Part shown: piece after piece, positions 1 to 8,132 of the stretch | Layout of the letters: each line of letters starts with the position of its first letter | Position numbering within the stretch: position 1 is the first letter of the stretch | Source: Bdellovibrionota bacterium FG-2 | GTDB lineage: Bacteria; Bdellovibrionota; UBA1018 | Reading direction: 5' to 3' | NCBI GenBank assembly: GCA_051382305.1 | Contig: JBBCAV010000281.1 | Span: 1-12,491 of the forward strand | Length of the DNA: 12,491 bases | Translations under genes and position numbers: made by a program | The notes under the pieces: model-generated | What the model was told of the DNA's origin: nothing | Database searches by the model: none | The model's input: the letters and a program-made list of their open reading frames with translations, nothing else

Positions 1-96
1 CCTGCAGAAAAAATGGAGTGCATCCCATGGATGCGCTGCGGACGCTGTTCGCAGGAAAATTACCCGACTTCATGTCCTAGACGGCTGGCCAATTAC
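1..96 (+). mobile_element. Right end of an IS66-family insertion sequence (partial, runs off the window start)
   Basis: Frame 3 (3..80) reads CRKNGVHPMDALRTLFAGKLPDFMS*, which resembles the C-terminus of IS66 (ISBst12-like) DDE transposases (STCRKxGxxxxxALxxLFxGxLPDF). It is followed by GCTGGCCAATTAC (84..96), whose reverse complement GTAATTGGCCAGC begins with the IS66 terminal GTAA. Recognised by eye, not by search. Confidence 0.75.
3..80 (+). CDS. IS66-family transposase, last 25 codons plus stop (5'-partial)
   Basis: Manual translation of frame 3 with TAG at 78..80, lying just before the putative right inverted repeat. Not in the ORF track. Confidence 0.7.
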   Translation, partial: CRKNGVHPMDALRTLFAGKLPDFMS

Positions 97-742
97 AAAG
101 CCGCCTTTTCAGATCACCGTAATTGACTTTGGTGCTTACGGTGAACTGACGCTGCCGCAACGGCGTGGATTTATGGCCTTGTCCATGGCGGTTGTTTCGC
201 AATCTCCGGAGCAAACGCTTGATGCGCTGGCTGATGTTTCAGATGTTCCGTCTGAGGGTCGAGCGCAGCTGCTTCGCGAGTTGGGATTGTTATTTCAAAA
301 AGACATGTCGATTTCTCAGCGCATGACCGAAGTGTTCGTGACGGCGGTAGATAATGGCTTACGTCTGCCTCGAACGTTGCTGCAGTTTAATCGAGGGCGC
401 ACATTCTTGGAAAAAGCACTTAATGAAGTGAACAAGGAACTCGATGTGATTGATCCCAAGCGGAGGACCGCTCGTTTCGATCCGATTCGTACTTATCTCA
501 CCGTATCCGCAAAACGGGTAGGCTTGGGTATGCCGGGTTCGATCAAGAGTGCCGTCAAAGGGCGTCTGCTGGGCGTGCTCGGGCTGGATGTTCCGGATGA
601 GAATGTCGTTACTTTGGAGATGCTCAACAAGACGCTCACGGACAATAAGAACCGAGTGGTGGAGTATTTTCGTGATTGTAGTTTGAAGGGGGCATTGCGC
701 GCGCTGCTTAAGTCAGCAGCATTTCCAAATCTTCGCGAGTGA
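97..742 (+). pseudogene. 3' remnant of an ABC1/AarF/UbiB-like atypical protein kinase, interrupted by IS66
   Basis: In frame with ORF 173..742 and upstream of its ATG, the sequence reads KPPFQITVIDFGAYGELT (DFG motif, compare UbiB LLDFGMVGEL). The downstream LRLPRTLLQFNRGRTFLE resembles the UbiB C-lobe LPxxLxxxxKxxxxLE. The catalytic loop is not in the window because IS sequence precedes position 97. Confidence 0.6.
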
Positions 743-3700
743 GCTTCTTCATGAACGAAGTGCCGTCTTCAGAGAAGACCGACTCCGCGAGTTCCTTCTT
801 GGTTTTCTGCAGGTCGATAATCTTTTCTTCAACCGTCCCACGCGTAATCATTCGATAAGCAAACACCTTATTGGCCTGGCCAATGCGGTGAGCGCGTCCA
901 ATGGCTTGCGCTTCAACGGCAGGGTTCCACCAAGGATCAAGAATAAATACATAGTCAGCCGCGGTGAGGTTTAAGCCCGTACCCCCGGCTTTTAGGCTGA
1001 TCAGAAACACGGGACATTTTGGATCCGTTTGAAAGCGCTCTACCGGAGATTTGCGATCCACCGTCTGGCCATCTAAATATTCGTAAACGATATTTTGAGC
1101 ATCAAAGGTCTCCCGCACTATGGCCAGGAGGCTTGTGAACTGAGAGAAGACAAGAGCTTTGTGACCTTCTTGAATCACTTCTTGAATTTGATTCAAGAGT
1201 AAACTGAGTTTGGCGCTGGCAATGGATTTTTCCGCAGGATTGATGAGACCAGGGTGGCAAGAAGCCTGGCGTAATCGCAACAGTGCCTCAAGCACGTGGA
1301 TCTTTGATTTTCCTAATCCAGAAGTCTCAATTTGACCCGTTAGAGAGGCGCGATAGTGATCGCGCAGCTGCGCATAGATATCTCGCTCCGCCGCGCTCAT
1401 TTCGCAGTAAAGCACCTGCTCGGATTTCTCAGGTAGCTCCTTGAGTACTTTTTCTTTGGTCCGTCGGAGGATGAAGGGACGCAACATTCGCGAAAGTGTG
1501 GCGCGCGAGTCGTTTGAGAGTTCTTTGCCGGTGGGGATATTGATCAGCCCGGGGCTAGTAAACTCGAGAATCGAAAACAAATCCGTCAGTGAATTTTCAA
1601 TCGGCGTACCGGTGAGCGCCAGTTTCAAATTCGCTTTGATCAACTTCACCGCCATCGCGGATTGCGATTGGGGATTCTTGATGGCCTGAGCTTCATCGAC
1701 GATGGCCACGTCGAATTCCAGCTCCTGCAATTTGGCGATATCGGTCCTAACCGTACCGTACGTGGTTACAATCAAATCGGCCTTGGCCATGGCCTTGGTT
1801 GATTTTAGGCGGCCAGAGCCGGAGTAACTCATGACGTTGAGGTCGGGCACAAATTTCTTGGCTTCATCCATCCAATTGAAAACCAAACTTTTTGGCGCAA
1901 TAACGAGGCTGGGCAACTCCCCCTTCTTTTTGCGGCCCTTTAAGAAGGCCAGAATCTGAATCGTTTTTCCCAAACCCATGTCATCGGCGAGCACGCCGCC
2001 CATTTCGAATTCTTCGGTAAATTGCAGCCAAGACAAGCCTTCTTTTTGATAGTTCCGCAGCTTGCCCTTGAAACCCGCCGGGGCTTTGGCTGTTGTGATT
2101 CCTTCGAATTTTTTGACTTTTTCAGCGAAGGCATTGAACTCGCGATCGCCCTGGATATTCGTGTCACTGGCGAGCGCAGAATGCAGCATCAGGCCCTGCG
2201 ATTTGTTAAAACGCAAGCCGCCTTCACTGGTTTTTTCCGTGAATTGATTGAGCGAGGAGTAGCGCGAAACCCAATCACTTGGGAGCGCGCCTAAGGACCC
2301 GTCGGCGAGTCTAACAAATCCGTCTTTTGCCTCAAGCGCCGCGAGCAGTTGGGGTTGGCCTGCGGAGGCGCCCGCAAAGCTTGCCTGCATTTTGAGATCA
2401 AACCAATCCGTGGAGGAATTAATGTTGATGGCGTAGTCTTGCGCGACATGCAGCCTTTTGTTTTCAACGTAGATCGTCCAACCTGCTTGCGATAATTCGC
2501 TGGCCGCACGATGTAGGTCAGGCGTGGGAATCGTCCCTGTTCCCTGTTCGTCTCTGAGAATCTTCAGAGCCTGCGTGAGGGTCTGCTCTTCAAAAGCTTC
2601 GTTTCTGGCATAAACGCATTTCTTTTCAGCATCCACAAAGGCTTGGGAGGTGTCATCTAGCGAGACATTGCGACCGGCATAATCAAAGCTTACGGTGAGA
2701 GTCATTCGGCCGGTGAGGGTCGTGTTCCCCAAGGGACGGAAAACTCCTTTGGGCGTAGGCTGAAGGGCCAGGCGGCTCCAGCCAGTGTCCTCAGGCCAAG
2801 TGATAGTTGAAATCGCAGGATCCACAAGCACGCGCGCCAAGAAGGCATCACTTTGATCGCGGGGAATGAGAAAATCCTCCCCGCTTCTGAGGGCTAAGAC
2901 CCAAGGGACTTGCCGTGCGTTCGTCAGCCGCCCGATGCGATCATTAAAAAGTAAAAAGCTGCTGTTGAAAACGTACAAAGGCTCACCCAGGCTGCGTGTT
3001 TCGCTTTCACGCTTAAGCACGCCGCCCAATCGATAATTTTCGCTGCCTTCGGCTTCGATTTCAAGCTGAAGATCCCAGGGCTTGCCGCTATCCATGCGAA
3101 TCGGTCGCTCGGCATCGTCGGGAGAACCATTAGGAGAGCGAGAAAGAAAAAGTTTCCCTGCGCTGATGAGTGAGGGAATAAGATGGGACTCCAGCATGGG
3201 ATCAACCGTAAAACGTGAAGCCGCGTGAGCGGTGGTTCGACCAAAGGGGGCGAATGTTTGAACCTTGCTCGTTTTAAGCAGCAAAGAGAGCACTTCTTGA
3301 TCGCGCACATCAGAGAATCGGGTCAGTTCATGATCCTGGGGTTGGTTAGGCCTCATAACGCCCAAGTCTCCGCTGGCTAAACGATCCCGGGACCAAAGAT
3401 CAATGACGAGTTTGCCCGAAGAAATTGTCTCCGCGGCATTAATCACAAAATAGGCAAGCCAAGTGCCTGCGAATGTGTTGGCCGCTCGTCCGCCGCTGAC
3501 GCGCTGAATTTGGTCCAGGCGTAGACGCCAACTTGAGGCAATAGGAATTCGCAACACTGGTTTTTCGGCTGAAGGTCTGGGATGCTCACCGGGCGCTCGG
3601 GGCTTTACGTGAAGCGCACGCAGTGGACCCGTTCCTGGGACCTCAGTGTTTAAGCCGGCTTTATCGATCATTAAAAGCGTAGCCCAGGAGTGTTTGCACA

Positions 3701-4106
3701 AGCCACCGCCTGCGTAATACGGACAATCACAGCGGATTTCGGCACTTTTTTGCTCCTGCGCCTTAGAATAATCGACCACCACAGCGTAGCTCGGACCGCT
3801 TCCCAATACGGAAACCGTGAAGGTATTCTCTCCCTTTACGGGGTCAGAGACGCGTCCGGTGCGAAAGTAATCATGGCCGAGTTCTCGGGCACGGCGTGGG
3901 AAATAGCGATGGCAACGCTGCTCCAGCGTTACAAGATTTTGGGGATTCACCGGCGGCCTGGGTTGTCCGTGCGGGTTCCCGGGCGGTTGCCCCGGCTGTT
4001 GGCCTTGGGGTTGCGCAGGGTTTCTGCCATGTCTGCTGCGACGGCCTCTGCGTCCGTGTCTTGGGTTTGGGCCGCCGCCAGGCCCTCTGGGTTGTTCTGA
4101 ATTCAT
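708..4106 (-). CDS. SNF2/DEAD-like helicase with N-terminal SWIM zinc finger
   Basis: 1132 aa. SWIM CDC-x8-CKH (RCDCPYYAGGGLCKH), Walker A LADDMGLGKT, Walker B DEAQ, motif III LTGTPIEN, ILRRTKEKV, ISLKAGGTGLNLTAADYV, DPWWNP, QAIGRAHRIGQ. Confidence 0.95.
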   Translation of the reverse strand: MNSEQPRGPGGGPNPRHGRRGRRSRHGRNPAQPQGQQPGQPPGNPHGQPRPPVNPQNLVTLEQRCHRYFPRRARELGHDYFRTGRVSDPVKGENTFTVSVLGSGPSYAVVVDYSKAQEQKSAEIRCDCPYYAGGGLCKHSWATLLMIDKAGLNTEVPGTGPLRALHVKPRAPGEHPRPSAEKPVLRIPIASSWRLRLDQIQRVSGGRAANTFAGTWLAYFVINAAETISSGKLVIDLWSRDRLASGDLGVMRPNQPQDHELTRFSDVRDQEVLSLLLKTSKVQTFAPFGRTTAHAASRFTVDPMLESHLIPSLISAGKLFLSRSPNGSPDDAERPIRMDSGKPWDLQLEIEAEGSENYRLGGVLKRESETRSLGEPLYVFNSSFLLFNDRIGRLTNARQVPWVLALRSGEDFLIPRDQSDAFLARVLVDPAISTITWPEDTGWSRLALQPTPKGVFRPLGNTTLTGRMTLTVSFDYAGRNVSLDDTSQAFVDAEKKCVYARNEAFEEQTLTQALKILRDEQGTGTIPTPDLHRAASELSQAGWTIYVENKRLHVAQDYAININSSTDWFDLKMQASFAGASAGQPQLLAALEAKDGFVRLADGSLGALPSDWVSRYSSLNQFTEKTSEGGLRFNKSQGLMLHSALASDTNIQGDREFNAFAEKVKKFEGITTAKAPAGFKGKLRNYQKEGLSWLQFTEEFEMGGVLADDMGLGKTIQILAFLKGRKKKGELPSLVIAPKSLVFNWMDEAKKFVPDLNVMSYSGSGRLKSTKAMAKADLIVTTYGTVRTDIAKLQELEFDVAIVDEAQAIKNPQSQSAMAVKLIKANLKLALTGTPIENSLTDLFSILEFTSPGLINIPTGKELSNDSRATLSRMLRPFILRRTKEKVLKELPEKSEQVLYCEMSAAERDIYAQLRDHYRASLTGQIETSGLGKSKIHVLEALLRLRQASCHPGLINPAEKSIASAKLSLLLNQIQEVIQEGHKALVFSQFTSLLAIVRETFDAQNIVYEYLDGQTVDRKSPVERFQTDPKCPVFLISLKAGGTGLNLTAADYVFILDPWWNPAVEAQAIGRAHRIGQANKVFAYRMITRGTVEEKIIDLQKTKKELAESVFSEDGTSFMKKLTREDLEMLLT

Positions 4107-4879
4107 GCTTGCCTAGGATTTACCAGTAATAGTTGAGAGTTTGAAGTCAAATCGACCACATCCAGCACATGAAACTTGGCGGAATCAATTTTCCACTTTA
4201 CATCAAACTCAAAAAGCTTGAATCCGTACTGAGTCCCCTCCGCTTGGGCACTCCCAGGGGGCATCCGTCGCTTCTGAAACGCGGGTCGGGGGTCAAGTTC
4301 GAGCATTTCGATGATGAGTTTCCTTAAGTTGGGGTATTTTCCAAAAGAGTGATTTCGCACCGCTTCTTCCGCAATCGCAGAAAAAACGACTTCGACCCGC
4401 TCTATGGGTTCCTCTGCCCAACCGGCGCAAGCCTCGGGGATTGAATCGCAATACGGCAAATAGGGTTTGAGGTCCAAGATCGGTGTCCCATCCAAGATAT
4501 CCACGCCGCTCACATGAATTTCGGGTCCATCCTTTGCGTCAAAGTCAATTTTGTCGAGCTTCACCGCGGAAAGCCCAATGGGATTAGGCCGGTGAGGAGA
4601 GCGAGAGGCCAAGACCCCCACTTTTTTTGCGCCTCCCAGCCTAGGCGGTCGAATGGAGGGCTTCCAATTCTTGGAGTCGTGCCTGTGAAAAACAAAAACG
4701 AGCCAAATATGCGAAAACGTTTCAAGCGTTCGTATCGCCGTTCTTAGATTTGGGTCGTCATTAAGCTTGATGAGGCCTTCTGCATTGAGAGTTAGTCCCG
4801 GCTGACGGGGAATTCCGAACTTTTCTTTGAAACACGTCTGGATAACCCCAATGGGCGCGAAATTCACGGTCTCGCTCAT
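4103..4879 (-). CDS. trmO: tRNA (N6-threonylcarbamoyladenosine(37)-N6)-methyltransferase TrmO
   Basis: 258 aa. Signature motifs KEKFGIPRQPGL, FSHIWLVFVFH, RPPRLGG, GVLASRSPHRPNPIGLS, DILDGTPILDLKPY and DPRPA of the TsaA/YaeB/TrmO family. Confidence 0.93.
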   Translation of the reverse strand: MSETVNFAPIGVIQTCFKEKFGIPRQPGLTLNAEGLIKLNDDPNLRTAIRTLETFSHIWLVFVFHRHDSKNWKPSIRPPRLGGAKKVGVLASRSPHRPNPIGLSAVKLDKIDFDAKDGPEIHVSGVDILDGTPILDLKPYLPYCDSIPEACAGWAEEPIERVEVVFSAIAEEAVRNHSFGKYPNLRKLIIEMLELDPRPAFQKRRMPPGSAQAEGTQYGFKLFEFDVKWKIDSAKFHVLDVVDLTSNSQLLLVNPRQA

Positions 4880-7800
4880 TTACGTGGCATTGCGGTGATT
4901 CCGATTTTGAGAACCGCTCCATCAATTTCAGTTTCTTCGGTGTGTTTGCCGGCAGGTAATTCGGTTACCTTGAACTGGGTTGCGAGCGTCTCGCGCATCA
5001 GCATTTCCTGATGAGCTAACACCGCATCTCTCAAAGCGCCGTCGCAGAAGAGCTCCAGCGAAATTCGATCATCCAAAATAAAATCAGCCGACTTGCGTGC
5101 TGCTTGAATCTTGCGTGCCACTTCGCGCGCTAGCCCCTCTTTGAGTTGCTCATCGCTCACGGTGGGGTCGACTTGGATGGAAACCAATTGATGCGTGGCG
5201 AGATTTGGATTTTCGCCCCGAGGGGCGCGCCTGATCTCAACGTCGGCTAGGGTGACAGATTCTTCGCAAACCGTTAACGTTTCGCCTTTTTCCAGCTTCA
5301 ACAAATCGGGGAGCGTCAATTGCTGAATCGCCGCGGCCACGGCCTTCATCTTACCGCCAAGCCGAGAACCCAAGACCTTGAAATTCGCTTTGGCTGAAAT
5401 CTGAATATATTGGTCTTCGTTTGAATCATAAACGATCTCACGAATGTTGAGTTCGTCCTGAAAATACGCTTCGAATAGTTTCAAATTCTGCAACACATTT
5501 TTGTCTCGGTGAATGATGCGGACCTGACGAAGCGGAATCTTGGCTTTCACCCCGATCTTTTCCCGATGATTGCGTCCTAGCATCACGAGGGCTTCCATCA
5601 CTTGAACAGCTTCTTCAAGCTCAGGACGTTTTAGCTCTAAGTGCGCCTCAGGAAAGGATTCGAGATGCACACTCTCTCTGGAGTTAGGGCGCACTTTGAC
5701 TAGGTTCTGATAAATCGTTTCCGACAGAAACGGAGCAAATGGAGCCATCACGCGACTTAAAGTGAGCAATACTTCGTAGAGCGTTTCATAGGCCAGACGC
5801 TTGTCTTCAGGCATCCCTGTCTGCCAAAAATGACTTCGATTAAAGCGAATGTAGGTGTTCGTCAAATCTTCAATAAACTGCAAAAGTCCTGGTACAACGT
5901 TATAGAGGCGATAGGCTGTCATCTCACGTTGGGTGGTTTCAACCAGCGTGTTGAGCCTCGAGATCACCCACTTGTCCAAGATGTTTGGAGATTTGGCAAA
6001 ATCGCCTTTGGGTTTAAAATTATCGATATTCGCGTAACTCACAAAGAACGAATACGAGTTCCACCATCTGAGCAGAATTTTGCGTACAACATCTTTGACG
6101 CCGGCTTCTGAGAATCGGAGCTCTTGTGCTTTCACCACCGGTGAATCAATGAGATAAAGTCGTAGAGCATCGGCTCCGTGCTTATCCAGAACTTCCATCG
6201 GATCGGGATAGTTTTTTAGGCTCTTACTCATTTTTTTGCCGTCTTCAGCCAAAATCAGGCCGTTCACGACAACGTTCTTAAACGGTGCTTTATCAAACAG
6301 ACCCGTCCCGATCACCATGAGCGTGTAGAACCAACCGCGGGTTTGATCCAAACCTTCGGCGATAAAATCTGCTGGGAAAGTCTTCTCAAACTTCTCTTTA
6401 TTTTGAAACGGATAACCCCATTGCGCGTAAGGCATCGATCCACTCTCAAACCAACAGTCCATCACGCCGTTAATGCGTTTCAAAGGACTCTTGCCGGTAG
6501 GCGAAGGAATCAAGATCGAATCGACCTTGTCGATATGCAAATCTTCAAACTTCTGCCCCGAAAGTTTTTCAAGCTCGTCTTTGGAGCTGATGCAGATGAT
6601 TTCCCCCTCCGCGTTTCGCCAAAGAGGCAAAGGCGTGCCCCAAAAACGGTTTCTAGAAATCGCCCAATCGCGGGCGCCTTCCAGCCATTTTCCAAAACGC
6701 CCATCACGCAAATTCTCAGGCACCCAATTCGTGCCCGTGTTGTTTTTGATGATTTGGTCTTTTATTTTTTCAACCGAGACAAACCAGCTTGAAACGGCTT
6801 TGTAAATCAGTGGGGTATCGGAGCGGTAGCAATAAGGATAGCTGTGAACAATCGTTTCTTGTTTGAAGAGTCGTCCTGCTTTTTTAAGTTCGGCGATGAT
6901 GTCTTTATCGGCTTCTTTTACGCGCCGACCTTTGTAGTTTGGGACTTCTGCAGTGAACATTCCGTCGTCATCCACAGGATTCACAATAGGTAAGCCTTCT
7001 TTGAGACAGGCGTAATAGTCTTCTTCCCCAAACGCAGGCGCCATGTGAACGATGCCCGTTCCACTCTCAATGGTGACGTGATCGGAGTGAATGACTTTGA
7101 ACGCGCCCTTGGCTCTGCGATCGGCAAAATAAGTGAAAAGGGGCTCATATTCGAGCCCAAGCAAAGCCTGACCTTTGAGCGTTTCAAGCACTTCAACTTC
7201 TTGATCTGGGTTCGTATAAACGCTCTTTAAGAGTGCGGCGGCGAGGTAGTATTGATTGCCCGTCGATTTTTCTTTTACTTTTACATAATCAAGTTCCCGG
7301 CCTACGGCCAAGGCGAGATTGCTTGGCAGCGTCCAAGGTGTGGTCGTCCAAGCCAAGAACGAGGTGTTGGCTTGGACAAGAATTGGGAAAGTGATTGTGA
7401 TCGCAGGATCCTGAACTTGCTTATAATTGGAGTTCGCTTCAAAATTTGAAAGCACGGTGGAAATGCCCGTTGAATACGGCACCACTTTGTAGCCTTCATA
7501 GATCAAACCTTTGCGGTAGAGTTCGGAGAACACCCACCACACGCTTTGCATGAAGCTCACATCCATCGTGAAATAAGCGTTATCCATGTCGACCCAGCGC
7601 CCGACACGCCTGACGGTTCTTTTCCATTCTTGCGAATACCGTTGAACGATGCTGCGGCAAGCTTCGTTATATTTGCCAACGCCCATCTCAAAGATCTGTT
7701 TGTTGCTCTCGATTTTGTAGGCTTTGTTGATTTCGTATTCGACCGGCACGCCATGGCAATCCCAGCCAAATCTACGGGGCACAGAATAACCCTTCATCGT

Positions 7801-8043
7801 CCAATAACGAGGAACGATGTCTTTGAGCACGCCTGCTAAAATGTGGCCGTAGTGTGGGAGTCCTGTCGCAAACGGAGGGCCGTCGTAAAAGCTGTAAGGC
7901 TTGGTGGCGCCATCACTGCTTAGGGCGTTGTTGAGAGATTTCTCAAAAATATGTTTCTCGTCCCAGAATTTAAGAATCTCTTCTTCGAGTTTGGCGAGTT
8001 GAACATCAGACTTAACAGGGGAAAAGGGTTTGGTTTGACTCAT
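4876..8043 (-). CDS. ileS: Isoleucine--tRNA ligase, type 2 (eukaryote/archaea-like)
   Basis: 1055 aa. DGPPFATGLPHYGH (HIGH motif, 7843..7854), GWDCHG, editing-domain WTTTPWTLPSN and GTGIVHMAPAFGEEDY, DQTRGWF, KMSKS (6220..6234). The long C-terminus has EGLAREV...IQAARK and no FPG-type zinc finger. Confidence 0.97.
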   Translation of the reverse strand: MSQTKPFSPVKSDVQLAKLEEEILKFWDEKHIFEKSLNNALSSDGATKPYSFYDGPPFATGLPHYGHILAGVLKDIVPRYWTMKGYSVPRRFGWDCHGVPVEYEINKAYKIESNKQIFEMGVGKYNEACRSIVQRYSQEWKRTVRRVGRWVDMDNAYFTMDVSFMQSVWWVFSELYRKGLIYEGYKVVPYSTGISTVLSNFEANSNYKQVQDPAITITFPILVQANTSFLAWTTTPWTLPSNLALAVGRELDYVKVKEKSTGNQYYLAAALLKSVYTNPDQEVEVLETLKGQALLGLEYEPLFTYFADRRAKGAFKVIHSDHVTIESGTGIVHMAPAFGEEDYYACLKEGLPIVNPVDDDGMFTAEVPNYKGRRVKEADKDIIAELKKAGRLFKQETIVHSYPYCYRSDTPLIYKAVSSWFVSVEKIKDQIIKNNTGTNWVPENLRDGRFGKWLEGARDWAISRNRFWGTPLPLWRNAEGEIICISSKDELEKLSGQKFEDLHIDKVDSILIPSPTGKSPLKRINGVMDCWFESGSMPYAQWGYPFQNKEKFEKTFPADFIAEGLDQTRGWFYTLMVIGTGLFDKAPFKNVVVNGLILAEDGKKMSKSLKNYPDPMEVLDKHGADALRLYLIDSPVVKAQELRFSEAGVKDVVRKILLRWWNSYSFFVSYANIDNFKPKGDFAKSPNILDKWVISRLNTLVETTQREMTAYRLYNVVPGLLQFIEDLTNTYIRFNRSHFWQTGMPEDKRLAYETLYEVLLTLSRVMAPFAPFLSETIYQNLVKVRPNSRESVHLESFPEAHLELKRPELEEAVQVMEALVMLGRNHREKIGVKAKIPLRQVRIIHRDKNVLQNLKLFEAYFQDELNIREIVYDSNEDQYIQISAKANFKVLGSRLGGKMKAVAAAIQQLTLPDLLKLEKGETLTVCEESVTLADVEIRRAPRGENPNLATHQLVSIQVDPTVSDEQLKEGLAREVARKIQAARKSADFILDDRISLELFCDGALRDAVLAHQEMLMRETLATQFKVTELPAGKHTEETEIDGAVLKIGITAMPRK

Positions 8044-8057
8044 AGTAATAAGGGTTG

Positions 8058-8086
8058 AGAGTACTAAAAGGGGCGAGGATCTTCAA
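8058..8086 (-). promoter_or_regulatory. Putative sigma70-type promoter for the ileS-trmO-SNF2 operon
   Basis: On the minus strand: TTGAAG (8086..8081), 17 nt, TACTCT (8063..8058). Only 14 nt separate the -10 box from the ileS ATG, and there is no Shine-Dalgarno. Confidence 0.5.
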
Positions 8087-8089
8087 TGT

Positions 8090-8118
8090 GTATCTGCTTG
8101 CCGGAGTGACACAGATAC
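8090..8118. repeat. 7-bp inverted repeat GTATCTG-N15-CAGATAC in the divergent promoter region
   Basis: GTATCTG at 8090..8096 and CAGATAC at 8112..8118. Function unknown. Confidence 0.45.
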
Positions 8119-8126
8119 CTTAAACT
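8098..8126 (+). promoter_or_regulatory. Putative sigma70-type promoter for the GIY-YIG gene (probably leaderless transcript)
   Basis: TTGCCG (8098..8103), 17 nt, TAAACT (8121..8126), 6 nt, then ATG at 8133. Confidence 0.55.
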
Positions 8127-8132
8127 AAACCT

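Noticed and set aside
173..742. 189-aa ORF as a complete standalone gene
   Set aside because: Kinase-like similarity (DFG) begins upstream of its ATG and there is no Shine-Dalgarno. It is better explained as the 3' part of an IS-interrupted gene.
1362..1373. 12-bp palindrome GCGCAGCTGCGC
   Set aside because: A single occurrence inside coding sequence, compatible with chance.
3941..3983. Four G-runs as a possible G-quadruplex
   Set aside because: The loops are long and irregular, and the runs are explained by Pro codons of the SNF2 low-complexity tail on the opposite strand.
1441..7839. Numerous 60-149 aa antisense or alternate-frame ORFs inside SNF2, trmO and ileS (e.g. 3690..4100, 6343..6792, 2924..3310)
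   Set aside because: They are fully nested in well-supported genes and show no recognisable motifs, as expected for shadow ORFs.
8044..8132. T-box riboswitch or attenuator upstream of ileS
   Set aside because: The region is only 89 bp, with no T-box consensus or terminator hairpin.
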